18,067 nt of DNA, taken from assembly GCA_964452145.1 (NCBI GenBank), contig CAYVLA010000018.1, positions 1 through 18,067 on the forward strand, in the 5' to 3' direction. The stretch comes from Candidatus Hadarchaeota archaeon. GTDB taxonomy: Archaea > CAYQAE01 > CAYVLA01. Below the pieces are notes generated by a model, which had not been told where the DNA came from, ran no database searches, and saw only the letters and a program-made list of their open reading frames with translations. Below are positions 7,905 through 16,475 of the stretch, piece after piece (position 1 is the stretch's first letter; each line of letters starts with the position of its first letter). A program made the translations under genes and the position numbers.

Positions 7905-9341
7905 TCACCGCGTGCCATCACCACGCCGTTCAAAAGAGGTGCTTCGCTCGCTGTTCATTACCCAGAATAACGGGCTGCTGTCGTCCGCAAATCCCCCGAC
8001 CTCTCCACATCCAGAACCTGTCGGAGAAGGGAGTCTGATCGGCAGATCGGGCCCACAAGATCTGCAGCAGTTACGCCACCCCAGGTACCTGCGACCCAGC
8101 TGCGTGGTGGTCACCTCCCTGTACAGGCTCCTCCTGACCATGAGCCACCAGAGGGTAACCCCTGATAGGAAAGCGGCGGCGGTCGTTGCCATCCACTGAG
8201 AGAGGTAGACCCAGGCAAGGGCCGTGTTCTTCGCGCGGTTGGCTTCATCCATCGCCTCCCTCGCGATTCTGATGGCGCCCTTCATTCTCTCCTCCGCGGC
8301 CTCGTACTCCATGCTAAGATAGTGTATCTCGGCCTCTTCCCGGATGCCATCTGCACTCAGGAGAAGTCGCTCCGCCTCCGCAGTGTTCGCACCGAACTTG
8401 TCGACTAGTTCGACGATTCCGCGAAACATGGATGCCGATTCGCGGTACACGGTGAAAAGGTTCTTGACGAAGAGCTTCTGCAGGGCCTCGTCGAAGCGAA
8501 GGATCTCGCCCCGCGAGGTGTAGTAGCACATGCTCATGTAGATCAGCTCCCACCACTTGCCTGCCTCTCGCCAGTGCAGGTCGCCGGTCCCAGGATGGAC
8601 GCCGAACCCCCACGCTTCCGTATCGCCGTAGTGCCAGGAAACGAAGGCCGGGGCCTCCGGCATCCTCACGGGTCCATCCATTCCATGGACCCATACGGCG
8701 GCTCCTTCCCTCGCGATGGCCGGCCTGAACTGCTCGTAGATACGGGCCGAGAACGTGCCGGTTCCTTCGAACGCGCTGAAAATGGGCGGCCTGCCAGGTT
8801 CGACCCTGAGGCGAGCCAGGCCGCTCCACCGACCCCACCCCTCGCGGGCGGACGCGACGAACTGCTCGTAGTCTATCGGGATCGCCTCGGCTATGGGGCT
8901 CGCCAGCCACGGTTCCTGAACATCCTCGTAGTGGCTGAGGGGATAGGCGATGGTGACCCTGTTTCTCGTACCTATGAACTCAACCATCATCTGCTGCTGA
9001 AGCAGCGTGAAGAAGCTGAGCCTTGGGTGATTGAAGAAGAGGACTTCATACTCAAGAAGGCTGCTGCGGGTCCTAGGGAAGTACATCCTGCTCCATCTCC
9101 GGAGGTACTCAAACATTGCCCCGAACTCCGTGCCCTGGTCAAGGCCGAAGGCCCTGCACGGAACCAGGGTGACATCTATCGCTGGTTCATCGTCCCCGAG
9201 GTGATTGGGCCAGCCGTCGATGTCCCCGACCATGAGGAAGTCCATGACAAGCTGGTCCCTTCCCCCAGATCTCTGAGCACTCGTCGCTGGGAAGAGGATT
9301 GCCCACAGCAAGATGAGCGCGGCGCTTCCTGATGACCTCAC
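7905..9341 (-). CDS. Paralog 2 of the GATase-like membrane-anchored family (most divergent; extended C-terminus)
   Basis: GTG at 9341 gives the signal peptide MRSSGSAALILLWAILFPATSA. Motifs RMYFPRTR, W..SPIAEAIP, KFGANT and WVY.SQW...LWWLMVRRSLYREV. AT-rich AAATCATTAT lies 26-35 nt upstream. The ORF-track start at 9689 overlaps the divergent gene and is rejected. Confidence 0.82.
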   Translation of the reverse strand: MRSSGSAALILLWAILFPATSAQRSGGRDQLVMDFLMVGDIDGWPNHLGDDEPAIDVTLVPCRAFGLDQGTEFGAMFEYLRRWSRMYFPRTRSSLLEYEVLFFNHPRLSFFTLLQQQMMVEFIGTRNRVTIAYPLSHYEDVQEPWLASPIAEAIPIDYEQFVASAREGWGRWSGLARLRVEPGRPPIFSAFEGTGTFSARIYEQFRPAIAREGAAVWVHGMDGPVRMPEAPAFVSWHYGDTEAWGFGVHPGTGDLHWREAGKWWELIYMSMCYYTSRGEILRFDEALQKLFVKNLFTVYRESASMFRGIVELVDKFGANTAEAERLLLSADGIREEAEIHYLSMEYEAAEERMKGAIRIAREAMDEANRAKNTALAWVYLSQWMATTAAAFLSGVTLWWLMVRRSLYREVTTTQLGRRYLGWRNCCRSCGPDLPIRLPSPTGSGCGEVGGFADDSSPLFWVMNSERSTSFERRGDGTR

Positions 9342-9615
9342 GAAGGTATCCGGGAATCGACGACAGATAATGATTTGTGTTCTGCGGGTCTTCCGCGCAG
9401 AGCCACTATCGTAACCGGGCCCGTTTACGCGGGCTCGAATCCACCGCTGCTCCTTCCGGGCAACCAGTGGACCGATGTTGCCATGCATGCCCACTCCGCG
9501 GACGATACTCCGAGCCTGAACGCGAGCACGAAAAAACCTGCCTTGCGTTGGATTGGCCTGCGCACCTGTCCGATGACCGGCCCATGAGGGGCAGACCCGG
9601 GCGGAGAATAGCTTT

Positions 9616-10884
9616 ATGCTCGCAGGAAGATGGCTGTGCGTGGAGGTCGCTCTGCGGTCCGGCCGCCTGGCCCTGATCCTGGCCCTCATCGCCCCCCTCT
9701 TGGTCCCCCAGATCCATGCATTGGAGAATGGGTCGGGGGATTCCAGGCGGGTGCGGGTCCTCTACATGGGTGAGCCGATGGGCTCCCCCCTTCCATGGTT
9801 CCCGGCCCTGATCAACGACCCCTTCTTCGACGTCACCCCGGTTCAGGCCTTCACCTACAGCTTGCCCGTGGAACTTGCCTGGAAGTCCATCAGGCAGTAC
9901 ATGCCCAGAACATACGCCAAGCTCACCCAGTACCACGCACTCACGCTGGTCTACGGTGATGCGAAGCTCTTCAGGCCTGAGTGGAAGGTGTGGTTCTCGA
10001 AGGCAGTCCTGGAGGGCGCAGGCCTAACCTTCACCGGACAGGATGTGGAGTGGTACGGCTTCCTGTGGCAGTGGCTGGAGTCCACAGTGGGGGACGTCCT
10101 GCCCGTTGAGAGGCCTGTCACATCCCCAATGGGGGCACCGCTCGGCGAGCGGCCGGGTTCGATCAGGGTCGTCAGGCCGAACAATGCCCTAATGGCCTCC
10201 CTGCCATGGTCCGAGATGGGCAGACACGGCAACTTCTACGACTGCACCCAGATAAACACAAAGCCGGGGAGCGAGACCCTGGCCCAGCTCGTCACCACCT
10301 CCGGGCAGGCTCATCCCTTCCTTGTCTGGTGGAGGGTGGGCGATGGGAGGTCGCTTGCCATCATGACGCGTTTTTCGAGCGAGCACCGGAACCCAGATGA
10401 CCCCTTCTATGAGTGGCCCTACCAGGGAGACTTCGCCTGCAACTACCATCTCTACGTGGCGGACCGGAGGATCCCCGAGGACACCGAGATCCTGCACACC
10501 ATCAGGACCACCTGGCTCTATTCCTATCTGCAGAAGAACATGCTTGTCGGAAGCATCGATTTCATCTCCAAGCTGGGGGGAAACCCTGCGCCGCTGGAGA
10601 AGATGCTGAGGGAGGCCGAAGACATCCTGATGGAGTCGCGGCGGATGTATCTGGACTACGAATTCGAGGCAAGCCTGGCCATGGCCGAGCAGCTAGTGGG
10701 CGACCTGGGGTGGATCTCGGAGGCAGCCGTTAGGGTCAAGGACCAGGTCTTCTTCTCGGTGTACCTGATCGAGTGGTCGATCCTCATGGCCACGAGCATG
10801 TTCACCGGGGTTTTGATCTGGACCCTCATGGTGAAAAGACGCCTCTACAAGGAGGCAGCAAGCACAAGGTCGGCCATGGTCTGA
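9616..10884 (+). CDS. Paralog 3 of the GATase-like membrane-anchored family
   Basis: Signal peptide LALILALIAPLLVPQIHA, then RVRVLYMG, DPFF, RQYMPRTY, W..STVGDVLP, R.IPED..I.H.IR, LGGN and VYLIEW...IWTLMVKRRLYKE. The true start may be GTG 9640 or CTG 9652, because the ATG at 9616 sits inside the TATA-like box. Confidence 0.85.
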   Translation: MLAGRWLCVEVALRSGRLALILALIAPLLVPQIHALENGSGDSRRVRVLYMGEPMGSPLPWFPALINDPFFDVTPVQAFTYSLPVELAWKSIRQYMPRTYAKLTQYHALTLVYGDAKLFRPEWKVWFSKAVLEGAGLTFTGQDVEWYGFLWQWLESTVGDVLPVERPVTSPMGAPLGERPGSIRVVRPNNALMASLPWSEMGRHGNFYDCTQINTKPGSETLAQLVTTSGQAHPFLVWWRVGDGRSLAIMTRFSSEHRNPDDPFYEWPYQGDFACNYHLYVADRRIPEDTEILHTIRTTWLYSYLQKNMLVGSIDFISKLGGNPAPLEKMLREAEDILMESRRMYLDYEFEASLAMAEQLVGDLGWISEAAVRVKDQVFFSVYLIEWSILMATSMFTGVLIWTLMVKRRLYKEAASTRSAMV

Positions 10885-11223
10885 GCCCGCAGACGGCTCA
10901 TCCCTGCGACGGTGTAGGCCTCGGTCGCTCCGGTACGGAGTCGAGAGAGTCTGATCCTTGGATGGCCCAGCACCGCATCAGTTCCCGGCTCCGCATCTAT
11001 TACCATTGCGAGTATGGTGAATGGGTCGCTTCACTGTTGAGGCCTTGTCGAGGTTCATCGCGGACATCCGCGACCCTTATTGCGGGTGGCCAAGCCCGAG
11101 CGAGTTACTCAGGAGAGTCGCTGGGCGGATTCGTCGCTCCTTTGAACTCAACCTCGGCAGATGGACGATTAGCTCTGGATTAGGCGGTGAACGTGATCCG
11201 GCAAGGACTGGCCCACCGATTGC

Positions 11224-11310
11224 CTTACCATGAGGTATTGCAAGTCGATGATCGAAGTAAGATTTTTCTGCATGTAAGCAAAAATCTCGATGTAAGATCC
11301 GCAGAGGAGT
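11224..11310 (+). promoter_or_regulatory. Toxin-antitoxin promoter/operator
   Basis: GTAAG at 11257, 11274 and 11292, and its reverse complement CTTAC at 11224. Inverted repeat AGATTTTT(11260-67)...AAAAATCT(11280-87). GAGGAG SD before the TTG at 11315. Confidence 0.6.
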
Positions 11311-11314
11311 TCCT

Positions 11315-11560
11315 TTGGAGGAATCGACGGTAACCTCAAAGCACCAGGTGACGATCCCCAAGAAGATCAGGGAGCAGACGGGGATCCAGATGGGCGACAC
11401 CCTCCTATTCGAAGCGAGGGGAGACCATGTGCTGCTCAGGAGGAAGAGGGTAAGCAAGCTGGCGGTGGAACTCCCCCTGGCGCGACCCGGGAAGCCGGTT
11501 GAGGATGTACATGAGTGGCGGGAGATAGCCAAGCGCAGGGCCCTGGAGGATGCGGGTTGA
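11315..11560 (+). CDS. vapB: AbrB/MazE/SpoVT-family antitoxin (VapB-like)
   Basis: STVTSKHQVTIPKKIREQTGIQMGDTLLF is the AbrB swapped-hairpin signature. 81 aa, directly upstream of a PIN gene. Confidence 0.92.
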   Translation: MEESTVTSKHQVTIPKKIREQTGIQMGDTLLFEARGDHVLLRRKRVSKLAVELPLARPGKPVEDVHEWREIAKRRALEDAG

Positions 11561-11979
11561 GGCTCTTCCTCGACGCGAACATCTTTCTCAGAGCCATCCT
11601 GGGCGATGTGCCGGAGAAGGCCCAGGACTGCCTCACACTCCTCGAAGCAATCGACGACAGGCAACACGATGCATCAACCTCGGTGCTCGTGTTCAACGAG
11701 GTTCTCTGGGTGCTGGAGGGCTTGACCGTGCCCAAGAACGAGCTGGCCCCGAGGATGCTGGCGATTGCCCAATCACGCGTGAACATCCTGCCCTCCGCAG
11801 ACCACGATTCCCTCGAGGAGGCAATGGAACTATACGCGAAGGAGGGGGTCGACTTCCAGGACGCGCTAAACGCAATCACCGCACGAGACGGTGGAACCAC
11901 CGTAATCGTCAGCTACGACAGGCACTTCGATCGCATCCGATTTGTCGAGAGGAAGGAGCCTGGCCAGGTCCTGGGCTGA
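11557..11979 (+). CDS. vapC: PIN-domain ribonuclease toxin (VapC), 140 aa
   Basis: PIN acidic residues in LFLDANIFL, NEVLWVL, DFQDAL and IVSYDRHFD. The TTG start overlaps the antitoxin stop (TTGA at 11557-11560), with a GGAGG SD upstream. Confidence 0.93.
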   Translation: MRLFLDANIFLRAILGDVPEKAQDCLTLLEAIDDRQHDASTSVLVFNEVLWVLEGLTVPKNELAPRMLAIAQSRVNILPSADHDSLEEAMELYAKEGVDFQDALNAITARDGGTTVIVSYDRHFDRIRFVERKEPGQVLG

Positions 11980-11997
11980 TCGGGTGCGGTTTCGGGA

Positions 11998-12516
11998 TGG
12001 AGATCAAGGAAGATCGAGGGACGGCGTCTAGGCCTCCTCCGGCCATGTGTGTTCCTGTCCTTGACCTCCCTGCTCTTCGTGGCCATGTGGTTCGTCCCCG
12101 GCGAATCCTATCCCGGGTGCCGCCGTCACGAACCATCTACTTCTCAGGCGTCACATACATCAGCAGAATGCTGATGGTCGGTGCAGGGGGTCCTGGTTGG
12201 TCCTGGTTGGTCCTGGTTGGCGCCCTTCTGAGATCCGCGGGGAACCGCGGGTCTGGCGGGAATGCACAACCTCAAGAAGGCGGACCCGGGGCTTGCTTCG
12301 AGTTGCCCTGGCCGTTCCATCTGTCATGCCAAGAGCACGCTCTGCACAGCAGCCGTGGCCACGTTGATCATCGCAAGGCCCTGGGCCTTGGGAACATACT
12401 CGTCAACGGCAACGATCATGACCGCGAGGAGCGTGTTCCTCAGGATTCCACAAATGCTCATAGTCGTGGCAGGCTTCGCTGCGGCCAAGAGGCTACACCC
12501 CCTAATGAAGGGATGA
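11998..12516 (+). pseudogene. Possible degraded membrane-protein gene
   Basis: Hydrophobic segments occur in more than one + frame (CVFLSLTSLLFVAMWFV; IYFSGVTYISRMLMVG..WSWLVLVGALL; AAVATLIIARPWALG..IPQMLIVVAGFAAA) with no continuous ORF. Confidence 0.3.
12189..12220. repeat. Perfect 10-bp tandem repeat (GGTCCTGGTT) x3.2
   Basis: gg tcctggttgg tcctggttgg tcctggttgg, read directly from the sequence. Confidence 0.95.
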
Positions 12517-12687
12517 CCAATCGGACGATCCTCCCTGATCATCCATACCTCTGGCAAGGACGAGGCCGAGACAGTCCAAGTCGATCAAGCATCCAAGCTG
12601 AGGTCCGATCTGAAGCTCCCAAACACAAATCGAGGCCTGTCTATCCGAGCCGAGTACCCCGGGTAGCCAGGTGCTAGGTGTGTTCGA

Positions 12688-12700
12688 CAAAGATTTAAGA
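12688..12700 (+). promoter_or_regulatory. BRE/TATA-like promoter of the NosD-domain gene
   Basis: CAAAGATTTAAGA, with TTTAAG at 12694-12699 about 31 nt before the ATG at 12730. Confidence 0.6.
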
Positions 12701-12729
12701 GAAGTGGTGGGAACCGAGACCGTCTGAGT

Positions 12730-14418
12730 ATGAAGGCTGTATCGGGTGCAGCTTGGACGGTCATTTTCTGGGCAATGTTGCTTGTGCTGGTTGGGGCTGG
12801 AAGGGTTGAAGCAGGCGGGGCCGTTACCATCAGGGAAGATGGTCTGATCTTTCCTGCAACGGCGCCGATCTCAACCAATGACCTAGTGACCTACACCCTC
12901 ACGGACGATATCGCATATGGCAAGATCATTGTTGAGAGAGACGGCATAACCATCGATGGCGCGGGCCATACACTCAGGGGGTCCAAGCCCCTCGGTAGCG
13001 GGATTGTCCTGTCCATTGGGCGAAAGAATGTGGTGATCAGGAACATGGTAATCAGATCATGTCCGTGGGGCGTCGAGCTTGTTGGTTGCTCCAATATCAT
13101 CATAACCGGGAATACCTTGATGGAGAACGAGGTAGGCGTCCGCATCAGCAGCAGTGACTCGAATACGATTTCTGGGAACATCATGTCCAACAATGATTAC
13201 GGCATCGACATTTCTTCCTCTGGTGGCAGTCTCGTGTCTGGGAATAACATCACAGATTGCGTTTCCAGGGTCGGCATTCTCCTGGGTGATTCTCGCAACG
13301 ATAGAGTGGAGAATAACGTGCTCACGAACTGCGGCCTCCAAACCGGTCGGGATACAGTACACCTCACGGTCCACAACAACCTGGTCAATGGCAAACCCCT
13401 TGTCTATCTCGAAGGTGCGTCCGATCGCAAGGTGGATGACGCAGGTCAGGTGATACTTGTTCGAAGCAACGGTATAGTTGTGGAGGACCTCAGCATTCAC
13501 AACATTCGCATCGGCGTTACACTGCTGGAGACGCATGCCTGCACAATACGCGGAAACAACCTGTCAGACAACATGTTCGGTGTCCGTCTTCTTGCATCTT
13601 CGAATAACAGGATATTCGGCAATATCATGAACCGCAACTATGATAGCGTCGTACTCGATGGCTTTCTGGACATGCAGTGGGTCTGGCATGGCTCATCCAA
13701 TAACGTGCTATACCACAACAATCTCGAGGGGGGCGTGTCCATCTCCCAAGGGTCGGCGAATGCCTGGGACAATGGCTATCCCTCCGGCGGGAACTACTGG
13801 CCGGGCCACGCGCGGAATGACGCTCGTTCAGGTCCGTCTCAAGACATGCCGGGCGGTGACGGAATAGCCGACACATCGCATGTCGCTGATGAGCACAATA
13901 TCGATCGGTTCCCGCTGAATGCGCCGTTCAGCACGCTGGATGCTTCCTGGGAAGGAAAGGACTATGCTGTCGACGTGAACAGCAACTCCACAATCACAGA
14001 CTTCTTCTTCAACCCGGAAGAGGGAGCGTTCATCCGCTTCAACGTAACGGGACGCGCGGGTTCAACGGGCTTCTGCAGGGTCGGCGTTCCAAGGGAATTC
14101 CTGTGGACTGAAGACGGTTGGACGGTTCTTGTCAACGGCGAAGCAAGAGAGTACTCGGTGGTCCAAGATGGGGACTACACCTATCTCTACTTCACTTACA
14201 GGCTGAGCACAAAGACGGTGACAATTCGAGGAACCCATGTGGTTCCGGAATCCCCGTCGGCAGTCATCTTGTCGTTGTTCATGATAGCAGCGTTACTGCC
14301 TAGAGATCGGCTCTGCCACCGAACTCACACTTGGGTGTCTCTTCAGGGGAAAGGCCAGAAAGATGGTCGGGATCGACCACCAGTGGCAGAAGATCTATGC
14401 TGGGAGGGCAGGCGCTAG
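12730..14418 (+). CDS. Secreted NosD / right-handed parallel beta-helix (CASH, pectin-lyase fold) cell-surface protein with PEF-CTERM-like anchor
   Basis: Signal peptide, ITIDGAGHTLRG, two blocks of G(V/I)xL..S.N.I.GN repeats, VNGKPLVYL, WDNGYPSGGNYW, DGIAD...DRFPL and a C-terminal beta-sandwich (FNVTG..G.TGFCRV..P; YLYFTY). Ends VVPESPSAVILSLFMIAALL. Confidence 0.9.
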   Translation: MKAVSGAAWTVIFWAMLLVLVGAGRVEAGGAVTIREDGLIFPATAPISTNDLVTYTLTDDIAYGKIIVERDGITIDGAGHTLRGSKPLGSGIVLSIGRKNVVIRNMVIRSCPWGVELVGCSNIIITGNTLMENEVGVRISSSDSNTISGNIMSNNDYGIDISSSGGSLVSGNNITDCVSRVGILLGDSRNDRVENNVLTNCGLQTGRDTVHLTVHNNLVNGKPLVYLEGASDRKVDDAGQVILVRSNGIVVEDLSIHNIRIGVTLLETHACTIRGNNLSDNMFGVRLLASSNNRIFGNIMNRNYDSVVLDGFLDMQWVWHGSSNNVLYHNNLEGGVSISQGSANAWDNGYPSGGNYWPGHARNDARSGPSQDMPGGDGIADTSHVADEHNIDRFPLNAPFSTLDASWEGKDYAVDVNSNSTITDFFFNPEEGAFIRFNVTGRAGSTGFCRVGVPREFLWTEDGWTVLVNGEAREYSVVQDGDYTYLYFTYRLSTKTVTIRGTHVVPESPSAVILSLFMIAALLPRDRLCHRTHTWVSLQGKGQKDGRDRPPVAEDLCWEGRR

Positions 14419-14608
14419 CACGGCTCACCTCGTTCTCTCAGGTAGAGCAACCGAGAAGACCCATTGGACGGTAGACCTCTCCCAAGCCAAGGTCACCCTC
14501 ACCCTGGAGCCTCCTCTGTACTTTGTCTACATCAGGTTCACCGACGGGAAGGCCGTGGTTGCCACACAACCAACAACATCATCTGCCGGAAGGTTTAAAG
14601 GTCCCTGA
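14297..14608 (+). pseudogene. Possible class I SAM-methyltransferase fragment overlapping the end of the NosD gene
   Basis: The frame of ORF 14363 extended upstream reads CLEIGSATELTLGCLFRGKARKMVGIDHQ, resembling motif I (LEIGxGxG) plus post-I (VGID). Confidence 0.3.
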
Positions 14609-14635
14609 GAACACCTCATCAGGGAGAGCGAGAAG

Positions 14636-15904
14636 ATGCGTGGGCCGTCCGGTCGGGTTACCGACAAGATGATCTGTCGGCTGGCTGTCCTTGTGCTTGC
14701 ATCGAGCATCCTGGGTTCTCCGGCGGTTCTGGCCCTGGAGGATGGACGGATCGGGGTCCTCTACATCGGCTGCATCGCCCGTTCCAGGCCCTTCTGGGAC
14801 ATGAGGCAGGACCCGCTCTTCGCGCTCAGCTTCGTTCAGGCAACCCTTCGCTCGTCGGGAGCGTGGGCCCCGATACAGCAGGTAACGGAAGGGGGGCAAG
14901 TGGCCAGGATGGTGAGGCTGTACATGCCCCGCACCTACTCCCGGGTGACCTCCGGGTTCGATGTGATAGTCCTCTCCAACGCAAATCGATTTATGGTGGG
15001 CGTGAGTAACATCGAAATGGCCGCCCGTGCGGTCAGGGAGGGCGGCCTCGGGCTGTTCATGTCCGGGGGATGGGAGAGCTTCGGGGGGCACAATCACCCC
15101 GACTGGGGAAGCACCTCGGTGGGCGAACTGCTACCGACCGCGGATGTTGAGGGTTCCTGGGTGTCGCACCCGCGCGGCGGCCTCAACCTCGTCATCACGG
15201 ACGGGAAGCACGAGTTCACCAGGAGCCTTCCCTGGGAAAGGGAGAAGGCGCAGTTCATGTTCGACTTCCACCACAACGTGGTCACGGCCAAGGACGGGTC
15301 TCAAGTCCTTGCCCGGGTCCGGGCCCCGGACCTGGATGACCCCGCCATGGTGACCTGGGAGCTTGAAGGGAAGAACCGCGTCTTCGCCTTGACTGGCGAG
15401 GTCTACACCATGGCCTTCGGCCCGTGGGCGTACTACCTGGACTTCGGCGCCAACCTGATGATCTACCTTGACGGTCGCCCGGTGCCCCAGGACATCGATC
15501 TGGTACACTCGCTCAGGACCACGATGCACACGGTCGCCGTAAGGAGGTCCCTGTTGATGAGCCTTCTGGAGTTCTGCGACTCCTTCGGAGCAGATACGAG
15601 TAGGATCACGCTAGGGACGGAAGAGCTTGACGAGATCGCGGCGCAGGCAAAGCCCCTCTATCTCCAGCTCCAGTTCGAAGACACCCTGGACGCCTACAGG
15701 AGGATTGAGGAGGGCCTAGCAGCGATCGAGCAGGAGGCAATTCGGCTCAAGGACAGAACCCTGGTTTGGATCTACACCATCGAGTGGGTCGCCGTGACCG
15801 GAACCGCGATGGTCTGCGGCGTCCTCCTTTGGTCGGTCATGATCCGCCAGAAGCTATACAGGGAGATCGAAACCACAAAGCTGGAGCGTTTGGATGCATT
15901 CTGA
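14636..15904 (+). CDS. Paralog 4 of the GATase-like membrane-anchored family (closest to paralog 1)
   Basis: Signal peptide ..LAVLVLASSILGSPAVLA, then EDGRIGVLYIGC, RLYMPRTY, FDVIVLSNANR, GLFMSGGWESFGG, LLEFCDSFGAD and WIYTIEW...LWSVMIRQKLYREI. TTTAAA at 14594-14599 upstream. Confidence 0.88.
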   Translation: MRGPSGRVTDKMICRLAVLVLASSILGSPAVLALEDGRIGVLYIGCIARSRPFWDMRQDPLFALSFVQATLRSSGAWAPIQQVTEGGQVARMVRLYMPRTYSRVTSGFDVIVLSNANRFMVGVSNIEMAARAVREGGLGLFMSGGWESFGGHNHPDWGSTSVGELLPTADVEGSWVSHPRGGLNLVITDGKHEFTRSLPWEREKAQFMFDFHHNVVTAKDGSQVLARVRAPDLDDPAMVTWELEGKNRVFALTGEVYTMAFGPWAYYLDFGANLMIYLDGRPVPQDIDLVHSLRTTMHTVAVRRSLLMSLLEFCDSFGADTSRITLGTEELDEIAAQAKPLYLQLQFEDTLDAYRRIEEGLAAIEQEAIRLKDRTLVWIYTIEWVAVTGTAMVCGVLLWSVMIRQKLYREIETTKLERLDAF

Positions 15905-16475
15905 GCCGCATCGAGAGCCGTATTTGTTTAGCTCTACGCCCATTGTTGGGTTGGGGCTTGGGCCAGTATTTGGGATGTGTCGAATTCTCGCTTCTTCTAG
16001 GTGGTGTCCATGGTCCGCCCCATTGTCACGACAAGCCGGAACAAGGGATCCTGTAGTCAATGCTTGGCAGGCCTCTGCGAGCAGCACCGATCGGCGGCGG
16101 GCAGCTGAACACTTACCGAGAGGCTCGAAAGCCTCGAGAGGGTACGCAGCAGTCATCCGCCCCACCCTACCCAACGAACGCTGAGCCGATCTCCCCGCAG
16201 CGCCGTCCCCCGATCATCAATGTGCAGCCGTCGCGCGCCCCGCCATGCATATCCCCATCATCGACTGATCCTTCACCTGAAACCCTCTCTTTCTACCCTG
16301 CTCGAGCTCTCGAGTACTCTCCCAAGCGCTGCCCAGACTCTTCGGGGTGAGATCCCACGCCCTGCCCCTGCCGCCCGGCACTGGGACCGTCCCGTCAGAC
16401 TAGAACAACCCTGTTCGTTCCCTGGCGAGGAAAAGACGTTTATGCTTGATAAGCCCCATGAGGCTCCGTTCGGCC

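Noticed and set aside
9342..9689. N-terminal extension of the 594-aa ORF
   Set aside because: Overlaps the divergent paralog 3. The signal peptide and TATA-like box point to GTG 9341.
15905..16428. ~520-nt gap between paralogs 4 and 5 as a gene or ncRNA
   Set aside because: No convincing ORF in any frame and no recognisable RNA motif by eye. An Infernal search would be needed.
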